Assembly: GCF_001194135.2 (NCBI RefSeq)
Contig: NC_068991.1
Span: 10,469,372 to 10,523,891 of the forward strand
Source: Octopus bimaculoides
Lineage: Eukaryota
Reading direction: 5' to 3'
DNA length: 54,520 nucleotides
Below are positions 12,346-23,837 of this stretch, one piece after another (the stretch's first letter is position 1; each line of letters opens with the position of its first letter). A program made the position numbers and the translations under genes. The notes under the pieces were generated by a model, which was not told the DNA's origin, made no database searches, and saw only the letters and a program-made list of their open reading frames with translations.

Positions 12346-13016
12346 CATAGTATCTTGAAATTAAGAACAATAATCCAATTTCTTTCTTATCAGATTTACA
12401 TATATATTCCATCTTCAGTTGTGTATGTGTGTTTGTGTATATACTAACATGTGATCTTAAAGATAGCATTTTGGCAGGCATTTGTGCTTTGATATATATA
12501 TATATATATGTTTGTGTGGTTGTGTGTGTATCCATACATATGTATGCCTACATGTACATGCAATCACATGTATCCTGTTTTGAATGTGCTAGGATGTGTT
12601 TTGAGGGAGCTTTGGCTGCTATTTCTAGCAGTTCAAGTGATCACTCACTGGCTCCCTCACTGGTTTGTAGCTGTTTAGTTGTTTAGCTCTTTGAATATCA
12701 GGAACTTTGTTGTCCAATGTGTCCATGGTTTTTTTCTTCCCAATATGGTTAGAGTGTATGATTGATTTAAGGGAAGCTCAGAGTCTCCCATGTTGGTTCT
12801 TGGCTTTATTTTAGTTCTTGTTAAGTCCCAGGTCAGTCATCTGTGATGAAGCATCTCAAGAACTTATCTTATTCTAAGAATTATATAGATGTGATTATGG
12901 ATCTATCTCCTCTGCCCCCTTCTCCTTCATACTCTCTCTGTCTCTCTCTGTCTCTGTCTCTTTCTGTCCCTGTCTCTCTCTCTGTCTCTCTCTGTCTCTG
13001 TCTCTTTCTGTCCCTG

Positions 13017-13049
<33 letters not shown>

Positions 13050-13451
13050 GTCTCTGTCTCTTTCCCTGTCTGCATGAGGGTTTGTATGTGTGTATGTGTG
13101 TGCACTAATGTGTTCAAGTAAGTGGAAGTTCATTGAATGTGGATGACTGGAAGGGACGTTTGAAGTGGGGAAAGAGAGAATGGAGGGAGAGATAGAGAGA
13201 GAGAGAAGTTAAAGACAGAGAGGGTGAGTGATAGAAGTGACAAAAGAGGCAGATAATTAAAGACGTGCAGAATCAGAAACATGAGAGATATGGAGATTGC
13301 CAGATAAATGAGACAGAAGGAAAGACTGGTGGCTAGAGGGTTAAACAGGGACGTACAATGAAACAGAGATGCTGCTTGTAATGTAACAATATCAGTCTTT
13401 ATTCCTTTCTTCTTGACGTACTACACGTATGTCTTTCTGTGTATACGTACG

Positions 13452-13487
<36 letters not shown>

Positions 13488-13744
13488 TCTGTTTTTAATG
13501 GTAGCGCTCAGTTGTCATGGCATACTAAAATATATAAATATACTTAACTCCTTTCCTTCTCATCCTGGATTTGTTGTATCCATGCTGACTTGATGATCTT
13601 AGTATCCAGACAGGTGTGGCCTGCTTGCTTGTATCTAGCTGACCCTAGGTCAGGGTGGCTTTGGCTCAAACAGTCATTCTGACATAAAAATAACAATTCC
13701 AAGGCTTAACCTCTGACTTTTGTTACTGTTTAACATCTACTTTT

Positions 13745-13931
13745 CCACGCTTACATGAGTTGAGTGGAATTTGCTGAGGCAGATTTTCTACAGCTGGATG
13801 CCCTTCCTGTTGCTAACCCATACCTGTTTCCAAGCAAGGTAATATCTTTCCATGGCCATACATGCTTTGATGAACAACATCACTTGTATGGCAGTGACAT
13901 TTGCATCCATCACATGAGGTCATGGAAAGGG

Positions 13932-13985
<54 letters not shown>
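13745..13985 (-). mobile_element. SINE family A2 3' half with (CA)n
   Basis: gtggaatttgctgaggcagattttctacagctggatgcccttcctgttgc...caaggtaatatctttccatggcc. Confidence 0.8.
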
Positions 13986-13988
<3 letters not shown>

Positions 13989-14077
13989 TGAGAGAAAAAC
14001 CAACAAAAGAAAGAAAGAAACCTCGATATTATGTAAATAGAGGAAATTATCTGTAAAAATATGTGACACTTATTCGG

Positions 14078-14151
14078 TAGCCATGATAAAACTCCGAGTT
14101 TTGGATGCCAGGGTGGGAACCCACGCCAACATCTCTTCAGTTATCTGGCCA
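14078..14151 (-). ncRNA. Degenerate type I hammerhead ribozyme
   Basis: Minus strand: tggcca-gataa CTGAAGA gatgttgg cgtgggttcccacc ctggcatc c AAAA ctc g gag T T ttatc a tggcta. Stem I 5+6 bp with 1-nt bulge, stem II 8 bp with GU pairs, palindromic stem III; GAAA core reads AAAA. Confidence 0.75.
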
Positions 14152-14416
14152 TTGAAAATTCCTGTGAAAAATGACCGTTAGATATATATATATTTATTGT
14201 CAAGGGTCTTGGCAACTCCACTAGTGCTGGTGACATGTAAAAAGCACCCAATACACACTGTAAACTGCAGTGTTATTACCGGTTCAAATATGCTTGTGGC
14301 ATATTCAAACTTGTGAGAAGGCCATTCACTGTGTTTTGTCATGGAGAAAATTTCATGCTGTAGACGAATGGTGTGAATACACATAAATACATAGTTTGCA
14401 CTGCCACCTATCTAGA

Positions 14417-14464
14417 CTGTGAAGCACAAACATTTTGGAGTGGTTATCTCCTCTTCAGCCACAG
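14417..14464 (-). ncRNA. Second degenerate minimal hammerhead-like motif
   Basis: Minus strand: ctgtgg CTGAAGA ggag ataacca ctcc AAAA tgtt; consistent with ancestral ...ctccGAAACGTT after two CpG transitions; stem I weak. Confidence 0.45.
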
Positions 14465-14819
14465 ACACTAAACAAGGGTATGCTGCGAAATGATAAAAGA
14501 GGTTGTTTTTCTTATGCTCTTTCAGTGACTGATTAGCGCTATGTGGTGGATCACTGTAAGCAAATTATGGAGGGAGAGCACCTAGCAGTGATGTATATGA
14601 ATGCAATGTTTTTACTAGTTCAGTTATCAACTAGTAATAAACATTGCATTTATATACATTGCTGCTTAGTGATCCCCCCCCCCCCTCTGTAATACACTGT
14701 AACCTGGTTGACATCAGGAAGGCCATCCAGCCATAGAAACCATACCAGAGCTGACATGGGAGAAAGATGTGTGTGTGTGACTGTGTGTGTGACTCTGTGT
14801 GTGTGTGACTGTGACTGTG

Positions 14820-14857
<38 letters not shown>

Positions 14858-15000
14858 TGTGTAGTGCTTTAAATAGGGTTGTGTTATGTGTGTGTGAAAG
14901 TAATGCATTAGAGAGGATGTGACTACGTGTGTGTGTAATAGTATCTTAGAGACGGCTTAACAGTATGTTTGTAATGGTGGTACTTCAAAGAGTGTGTGGC

Positions 15001-15034
<34 letters not shown>

Positions 15035-15609
15035 CATGTAATAGAATAGAACTGTAGAGAAGGCATGGCCAGTATCTGTGTGTAGTGATAATATTTTAAA
15101 GTGAGTGTGGTAGTATATGTATGTGCAATGTAGTAGTAGTAGTAGTAGTACTTTAGAAAAGGGTCTGATCTGACAATAAACAGTAAATCCTTGTTCTAGA
15201 TAAAATGTCTTGATGCCAGACCTTGCAGAGAAACTCGTATTTTTGGCAGTCGAGGGCAGCAGATGTAATGTTTCATTTGAAGCAGCAGATGTAATCAATG
15301 TTGCTAGAAACATAAGAAGCATTGCAGTTTGGTTTTGAGTAAATCAGAGTCCATACTGACTGAGAAAACATACAATGTCTGTCTGTCTGTCTCTCTGTTT
15401 CTCTTTCCCTCCCTTTCTCTCTATCTGTCTCTGTTTATCTCTCTCTCTCTCTTTCTCTCTTTCTCTCTCCCAAGAGAGAGAGTGACAGACAGACAGATTA
15501 AATACAAAATGATTCATTTAACAAGCAAGTCTCTACAGACATATGGCATAAGAGAAATAGCAGCCAAATTTCCATCAATTAATTTCCTGTTGTCTTAATA
15601 CACACAGCT

Positions 15610-15628
15610 TGCACAAACAGACACACAA

Positions 15629-15689
<61 letters not shown>

Positions 15690-15892
15690 TATATACGATG
15701 GGCTTCTTTCAGTTTCCGTCTACCAAATCCACTCACAAGGCTTTGGTCGGCCCGAGGCTATCGTAGAAGACACTTGCCCAAGGTACCACACAGTGGGAAT
15801 GAACCCGGAACCATGTGGTTGATAAACAANNNNNNNNNNACCCGGAACCATGTGGTTGATAAACAAGCTACTTGCCACACAGCCACTCCTGC
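15610..15892 (-). mobile_element. SINE family A head + (CA)n
   Basis: gggcttctttcagtttccgtctaccaaatccactcacaaggctttggtcggcccgaggc...cacacagccactcctgc; interrupted by a 10-N gap with duplicated flanks. Confidence 0.9.
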
Positions 15893-16002
15893 GTTCTAAT
15901 TTGTTATTTTCACAGAAACATTTATACTTATTATTTCATTTACTTACATGTATTGTGTTGTTTCAGGTTTTCTTAGCTGTATTGTACTGTTTATAAGCTT
16001 TC

Positions 16003-16045
<43 letters not shown>

Positions 16046-16557
16046 GTTTTGCATATTAATAAAGTAGTTTTAGGCCCTTTATCCTCTGTTTTCTACATAC
16101 ACCCATCAATTTCAATCTCAACAAAAAAAAAATTTGGTCTTTCTGGCTACACATACCAAAACACCTTGTGTCTCAAAACAGTTGATGTTTCCAAACTTTC
16201 TTGCCTGCATCTTTTGACTACACTAATCTCACGGTAATACTGTGTTTTATGGTAAACAGCAAGGGTTCATGGGAATAACGTTTTATATAATCATCCCTGG
16301 ATATAAAACAGTTTCATGATTGACTCTTCATTGCTTCCATAGTTTTTATTTCATATATTCTCTACCTGTGTGTTGGTTTTTGTTTTAATGTTTTACTATG
16401 AAGAAAGCTTCTTTAATGCATTCCCTACAATTATTTTTTTTGTGTGTATGTGGGTGTGTGGATACACAGGATGGTAATGTTAGCAAATAAATTTTGTTCC
16501 TGATTTATAGTGCAATACTTATTTGTTTTTCTACCACCTTGCAAATTATTTCTTGTC

Positions 16558-16617
<60 letters not shown>

Positions 16618-17734
16618 TATGTTTTGCAAGTTATGTGATCTCTTGCCACTGATTAGGTAATCTCTTTATCAGCAGTTTCTATATAAATTTATTATCACTA
16701 CAAAGATATATAATGATATTAAAACATTTCAAAGAAATGTTGCAGATTCAGAAGGAATAGTGAAGTATTTAAGTTGATAGTTTGTGGGGAGAAGCAGAGA
16801 AGTAAAGAACACCCTTCATATATATTTGTATATATTTGTATATATAGTTAGTGTCTTGGCAGTTAGATAAACTGTCCATGTGGAAAACAACAGTTAAACT
16901 TATGATAGTATATTTAATGCAGGGAGTATTGAAAAGCTAACTAGAAATACACATGGCGAGATATGTTAGTGTTAATATATTTAAAGAAGGGAGCATTAGA
17001 AATCTGTACAGAAATAATGTAGAGAGAGAGAGAGAGGATATAGTGTTATATTTAATACAGAAAGCAATATAATTTAATAGAAATAAATTGGGTGAGAACA
17101 AAAAAAAGGAAAATTAGGTGCAGGAGTGACTATGTGGTAAGTAGCTTGCTTACAAACCACAGGGCATTGGTTGGCCCAGGGTCTGTAGCAGGGGATGCTT
17201 GCCTAAGGTGTTGAGAAGCTGGACTGGACCTGGAACCATGTGGTCGCAAAGTAAGCTTCTTAACCACTCAGCTTTGGTTAGATTATTTTTTTATGCTCCA
17301 TCGATTACATATATCAATGTTATCTCTCTACCTGTCTGTCTGACCACATATTTCTAGTTAGCTGTTTTATGCGCTATGTAATAAATACCAACTCTGCCTT
17401 AACTATCTGCCTATCTTTCTGCCTGTCTCTCTCACAACACAATCGTTTCAAGTGGATTCTTAATGCTCTGTATATTAAGTATGTCAACACTAATTTCACT
17501 ATGGTTTGTTAACATTCCTGATATATTATAGCCTAGTAAACTTTCAATAGTCACTACAGTTAATTAGAAACTCCCCCTGGCCCACCTGCCAATCATTTGC
17601 AATTTATTCTGGCTTTTAATTATGATAATGAAACACTTGGGAGTTCCAGTCTTCACCAGTATCAAATAATTTAAAGATCTTTTCATCGTTTTATGCAAAC
17701 TATATTGCTTTTATTTTTTCAGTATTATTATTAT

Positions 17735-17966
17735 CGAAGGCAATGAGCTTGCAGAATTGTCAGTGCATCAGGCAAAATACTTTGTGGTATTTCATCTGTC
17801 TTTATGTTCTGAAGTTCAAATTCTGCCAAGCTTGAATTTGCTTTTCTTCCTTTTGAGGTCAATAAAATAAGTACCAGCTGAGTACTGGGGTCGATGCAAT
17901 CAACTTCCCCATGACCCCCAAATTTCAAGCCTTGTGCCGATAGTAGAAAGGATTATTATTATTATT
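17735..17966 (+). mobile_element. SINE family C with (ATT)n tail
   Basis: gaaggcaatgagcttgcagaattg...ttccttttgaggtcaataaaataagtaccag...gtagaaaggattattattattatt; also preceded by (ATT)n. Confidence 0.8.
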
Positions 17967-18401
17967 GTTCAGTAGTTTTATTTTTATAGCGTGCTTTCAC
18001 TTCACTACCGAGCACAGCTTGGGTATGTGCTGCAGTTTGCTGTGATGCTCTTATGGTTACTGTATTGAAAATGTTTAACATAGGATGTGTGCAGTGCCCA
18101 GTAATGCAATTTTCTGTATGTTATATATATTTGTAAGTCCTGGTGTTTTTGCTATGTATTTGTCTGAATATTTTTTTTATTATACCTAAGGTACCGACTA
18201 TGATAGGAATTGTTTCTGTTTTTAGATTCCACATTCGAGTTACCTCTATTTCCAGGTCTTTGTATTTTGAAAGTTTTTCCATTTCTTTTAGGGAAACGTT
18301 GTCATCTGCTGGTATTGATACATCAATTAGAAAGCATTTTCTTCCTTCATGATCTTTGACAACTATATCTGGTCTATTTGCCTTAATTTCTCTATCTGTG
18401 T

Positions 18402-18402
<1 letters not shown>
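17967..18402 (-). mobile_element. 5'-truncated R4/Dong-like non-LTR retrotransposon (restriction-like endonuclease C-terminus + 3' UTR)
   Basis: HTDREIKANRPDIVVKDHEGRKCFLIDVSIPADDNVSLKEMEKLSKYKDLEIEVTRMWNLKTETIPIIVGTLG, then after a frameshift in an A run ...NIQKIALLGTAHIL; PD..D..K motif; (TAA)n on both sides. Confidence 0.9.
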
Positions 18403-18436
<34 letters not shown>

Positions 18437-18884
18437 TCATGGTAGAAATTCAATTTATTATTGTCAATTCATTGAAACCTCATCCAATATTTTTTTTGTT
18501 TCATAATGTCTAATCAAAATAAATATGTTAAATTCTTCTGCTATTCAAACATTGTTTCCAAAACGTGACAATACTTTTTTCTCAAAAGGCCTTGGTATTT
18601 TTATTTAGCAGTGGAGGACTGCAATGTTTCCTCTCTTGTTAACCTAGTTATCTCATCTTTGATGTTTTATAGTAACTTTAAAAAATTTTTTTTTTGAGTC
18701 TTAGCTTATATTATATTTTTCCTTTTATTATGTGTCTTTTCTCCAAACATTCCTGGTGAGATTTAAACTTAAAAACTACTTTGTTGTTGATGTTTAGCTC
18801 CAAGCCAAACCTGATCCAGAAAATCTATGGAGGAAAGTGTATCAGCTGTGACCTACTTGTCTTTTTTTTTTCCCCCCTTCAGAT

Positions 18885-19235
18885 ATAGGTGTAGGCATGG
18901 CTGTGTGGTAGAGAATCTTGCGTCCCAACCATGTGGCGTTGAGTTCAACCCTTCTATGTAGCATCTTGGTCAAGTGTCTTCTGTTATAGCCCTGGATATG
19001 GATATGTGTATATATGTATATCTTTGTGTTTGTGTCTGCCTCCCATCACCACTTGGCAACTGATGTTGGTTTGCTTATGTCCTTGTGACTTAGCAGTTTG
19101 GCAAAAGAGACCAATAGAACAAGTACCAAACTTGAAAATAAGTACTGGGGTTGATTTGGTCAACTAAACTCTCTCCAAGGCAGCGCCCCTGCATGGCCAC
19201 AGTCCACTGACTGAAACAAATGAAAAATAAAAGAT
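18885..19235 (+). mobile_element. SINE family A1, near full length
   Basis: aggtgtaggcatggctgtgtggtagagaatc head; tail gcatggccacagtccactgactgaaacaa. Confidence 0.8.
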
Positions 19236-19294
19236 AGTGTATCCATGACTATGTCATTCAGTATGTTGTTTTTTTAAAAATTTTTTTTTTTATT

Positions 19295-19500
19295 AAAGAC
19301 TTTACTCCTTTACTTGTTTCATTCATTTGACTGCGGCCATGCTGGAGCACCGCCTTTAGTCGAATAAATCGACCCCAGGACTTATTCTTTGGATGTCTAG
19401 TATTTATTCTATCGGTGTCTTTTGCCGAACCGCTAAGTTACGGGGACGTAAACACACCACCATCGGTTGTCAAGCGATGATGGTGGAGGGGACAAACACA
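19295..19500 (-). mobile_element. SINE family A1 3' half, young
   Basis: ttttactcctttacttgtttcattcatttgactgcggccatgctggagcaccgcc...ccgctaagttacggggacgtaaacacacc. Confidence 0.9.
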
Positions 19501-21479
19501 GGGTATGATTTGATGGAGATTTGGTAGTGATTTCTTGTAGATTGTGTAATTACACACAATCTCACCCTAAATCCACAAGATGGGAGTTATCAGATTGATC
19601 AGTAATCTTTTCACCATTCCTCGACAAAGTAGCTTTCCCCCTTTTGTTTGACCTAGTTTTCTGTAGAGGGTAGGGGTGTACGATGCTGGTTGTGGTGGTG
19701 GTGGTGGAAGAAATTAGATAAAACAAGCTTATAATTTTAATTAAACGCTGTTACTTCATTGCTTCAGGTGTTGAAGTCTGTTCTGATACCTGACTGACCA
19801 GCGTGGCCCTTGTGCATTATTTGTTGAGGAGGATGGGTGGATGGATGGATGGATGGATGGATGGAATCACAATATCTTGGCTGTTCCAGCTATTGATTTT
19901 ATGTATTTCTTTCTTTCTTTCTCACACTGCTCATTTCATTTTGCCTGGCTTGTTTGTTTGTATTTCTGCTTTTCCTATTTGCTGGCATGTCTGCATGTCA
20001 TGGTTATTTTGTAATCTAGTTTTGTGTGGCTGCAGCTTTCCTGTTGCAGGAAACTATATTATTTAGCTATGCCACGCTTTCATAAAAATCCCTGCACTAA
20101 AATAAAACAAGAACAAATTTAAAAAAAAATACCTTCCGAATAACAAAGAAATCTTAAAACTATTCTGTGAAAGTTTAATTAATATTCTACCCACCACCCA
20201 TCGTCATACAAAATTCTTTCTCTTCTCATCCTCCAAACATGCATAGACAATTGTTTACATTCATCTTCCCCGTGTTGTTTTAACCCTTATAAAACCTAAA
20301 TTATCAATATGCAACGGAAAAAAAAAAAAAAAAAAAAATATTTATTGATTTTTTTTTCTCTCGCATATTTAAGGGTAAAGAGTGAATGTTTAATATAAAA
20401 GAAATAATCAAATTCTCTGTTTGTCTATGTGTCTATTTGTCTTTAACTATTTTTGTATCTGTCTATATGTGTCTATCTTAATAATTTATCTGCACGTGTG
20501 AATGGGTATATGCATGTATATATGTCTGTGTGAATGTATATATATGTGTATATATCATCATCATCNNNNNNNNNNNNNNNNNNNNNNNNNNNNNNNNNNN
20601 NNNNNNNNNNNNNNNNNNNNNNNNNNNNNNNNNNNNNNNNNNNNNNNNNNNNNNNNNNNNNNNNNNNNNNNNNNNNNNNNNNNNNNNNNNNNNNNNNNNN
20701 NNNNNNNNNNNNNNNNNNNNNNNNNNNNNNNNNNNNNNNNNNNNNNNNNNNNNNNNNNNNNNNNNNNNNNNNNNNNNNNNNNNNNNNNNNNNNNNNNNNN
20801 NNNNNNNNNNNNNNNNNNNNNNNNNNNNNNNNNNNNNNNNNNNNNNNNNNNNNNNNNNNNNNNNNNNNNNNNNNNNNNNNNNNNNNNNNNNNNNNNNNNN
20901 NNNNNNNNNNNNNNNNNNNNNNNNNNNNNNNNNNNNNNNNNNNNNNNNNNNNNNNNNNNNNNNNNNNNNNNNNNNNNNNNNNNNNNNNNNNNNNNNNNNN
21001 NNNNNNNNNNNNNNNNNNNNNNNNNNNNNNNNNNNNNNNNNNNNNNNNNNNNNNNNNNNNNNNNNNNNNNNNNNNNNNNNNNNNNNNNNNNNNNNNNNNN
21101 NNNNNNNNNNNNNNNNNNNNNNNNNNNNNNNNNNNNNNNNNNNNNNNNNNNNNNNNNNNNNNNNNNNNNNNNNNNNNNNNNNNNNNNNNNNNNNNNNNNN
21201 NNNNNNNNNNNNNNNNNNNNNNNNNNNNNNNNNNNNNNNNNNNNNNNNNNNNNNNNNNNNNNNNNNNNNNNNNNNNNNNNNNNNNNNNNNNNNNNNNNNN
21301 NNNNNNNNNNNNNNNNNNNNNNNNNNNNNNNNNNNNNNNNNNNNNNNNNNNNNNNNNNNNNNNNNNNNNNNNNNNNNNNNNNNNNNNNNNNNNNNNNNNN
21401 NNNNNNNNNNNNNNNNNNNNNNNNNNNNNNNNNNNNNNNNNNNNNNNNNNNNNNNNNNNNNNNNNNNNNNNNCTGCATG

Positions 21480-21517
<38 letters not shown>

Positions 21518-21829
21518 TACCTGTCTGTTTGTCTGTATGTGTTCATGTGGAAAAATCCTTAGAGTTCATCCAAGCTTTCAGTTCTGTTGTCTTCTTTCCA
21601 TAAGAGTGCGTAGTATTAAAATTATCATCAAGAATTATTAAAAACAGACATTAGAAAGAATTATTAACAACAGACATTAAAGGGTTAATACAGTATTTTT
21701 TTTTTTTTTCTATTTACTTAGAAATAGTGTATATAATGCGTTGCATACGATTGTGTGTAGAAAGTGCTGTATGGAATCATGATTAATTGTGATTTGATGT
21801 ATATTGCTGTATTGCTTAACCTTCGACAG

Positions 21830-21913
21830 GCTGGTTCTGGATGAAAGAAACAGACACATAGATGAATCATTGTTGGATGGAACACAACAAGGTTCTGGCA
21901 TGTTGCCTTATTA
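21830..21913 (+). CDS. Candidate 84-nt exon
   Basis: ttgcttaaccttcgacag|G...TTA|gtaaga; open only in phase 2: LVLDERNRHIDESLLDGTQQGSGMLPY; no recognised homology. Confidence 0.2.
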
Positions 21914-22129
21914 GTAAGATATTGTGATTAAGAATGAAACTATTGTGTAGAATCTCTTACCGTTTTATTCCCCTGTGCTACTTGTATTTCTTCTGTATTC
22001 AGAACCAACCGTTTAATTGAACTGATATCAACTAATTCTTAGCCATTCTTCATAGCAATCCAACTGTGATCATATCTGCTTCTTTGATGCGAAATGTTCC
22101 CTGTTTTGAAGTGTTCTGTGCAAGAATTT

Positions 22130-23020
22130 TAGGCATGGCTGTGGTTAAAAAGCTCGCTTTGCAACCATGTGATTTCAGGATCACTCCTATTGTGTGACAT
22201 CTTGGGCAAGTGTCTCCTATAGCTCCAAGTGGGGCAATACCTTGTAAATGAATATGGCAATAGAAACTGTGTGGAAGCCTGTTGTATATATATATATATA
22301 TGCATTTGTAGTTTCCTCATATTTGTCTCTACACCACAAAGGCACTAATAGAAGAAGTACCAAACTTAGGGTCAATTTGTTTGTCTAAACCCTTCTAGGT
22401 GATACCCTTGTATAGCCATAATCCAATGACTGAAACAAGGACTGTTTTATCAGGGCTAACTTGGAGTTATGCAATTAAAACAACAACAGACCAAATCAGT
22501 GAGAGATTTGCAACATAATCCCTTGACCATTTTTGTAGACAAATTGGTAATGCCTTTAGTTATAAATTTATTGGATTGGTTGTAACCTAGGGTTAAACAA
22601 TATAGATTTGTTAGGTTTTGTTGCCAACCATATAGTTTCAGGCTCAGGCCCACTGCGTGGTACCTTGGGCAAGTGTCTTCAACTATAGCTCCAGGCCATG
22701 CAATGCCTTGTGAGTGGATTTGGTAGAATGGAAGCTGTAAGTGTGTGTGTTTGTGTCTCCTTGTCTTGTAAAATGGTTGCCACTGTCATACAAACACTGT
22801 CATTCATTTCCAATATTCTGTGAGAATATATATATATAGGTGCAGGAGTGGCTGTGTGGTAAGAAGCTTGCTTCCCAACCACATGGTTCCAGGTTCAGTC
22901 CCACTGCGTGGCACCTTGGACAAGTGTCTTCTGCTATAGCCTCAGGCTGACCAAAGCCTTGTGAGTGGATTTGGTGGACAGAAACTGAAAGAAGCCTGTC
23001 ATATATATACGTGTGTGTGT
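22130..23020 (+). mobile_element. Cluster of three plus-strand family A copies (about 22130-22440, 22600-22830, 22838-23020)
   Basis: Repeated head/CORE-like block ccttgggcaagtgtc...ccttgtgagtggatttggt. Confidence 0.85.
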
Positions 23021-23021
23021 G

Positions 23022-23162
23022 TATGAGGGGGTGCTGAAAAGTTCCTGCCTTTAAGGGTATTGAGAAAGGCCTGGCTGAAGGCCCAACCGTCTGAGTTCTT
23101 TTACAGGGCTTAGAAAAACTGAAGGACTGTTGCAATAAGTATGTGAATCTGAGAAGGGGAAT
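23022..23162 (+). mobile_element. Mariner-derived non-autonomous element, left end (runs into gap)
   Basis: TA + tgagggggtgctgaaaagtt TIR; internal GLEKLKDCCNKYVNL resembles the mariner C-terminus; shares sequence with 44600-44778. Confidence 0.7.
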
Positions 23163-23791
23163 NNNNNNNNNNNNNNNNNNNNNNNNNNNNNNNNNNNNNN
23201 NNNNNNNNNNNNNNNNNNNNNNNNNNNNNNNNNNNNNNNNNNNNNNNNNNNNNNNNNNNNNNNNNNNNNNNNNNNNNNNNNNNNNNNNNNNNNNNNNNNN
23301 NNNNNNNNNNNNNNNNNNNNNNNNNNNNNNNNNNNNNNNNNNNNNNNNNNNNNNNNNNNNNNNNNNNNNNNNNNNNNNNNNNNNNNNNNNNNNNNNNNNN
23401 NNNNNNNNNNNNNNNNNNNNNNNNNNNNNNNNNNNNNNNNNNNNNNNNNNNNNNNNNNNNNNNNNNNNNNNNNNNNNNNNNNNNNNNNNNNNNNNNNNNN
23501 NNNNNNNNNNNNNNNNNNNNNNNNNNNNNNNNNNNNNNNNNNNNNNNNNNNNNNNNNNNNNNNNNNNNNNNNNNNNNNNNNNNNNNNNNNNNNNNNNNNN
23601 NNNNNNNNNNNNNNNNNNNNNNNNNNNNNNNNNNNNNNNNNNNNNNNNNNNNNNNNNNNNNNNNNNNNNNNNNNNNNNNNNNNNNNNNNNNNNNNNNNNN
23701 NCATACATACATAAATATATATATATATTATATATGTAGAAGGTAGAAAAGTAACACGAGTTAATGTCTTATTTTCCTTATATATATATAT

Positions 23792-23837
<46 letters not shown>

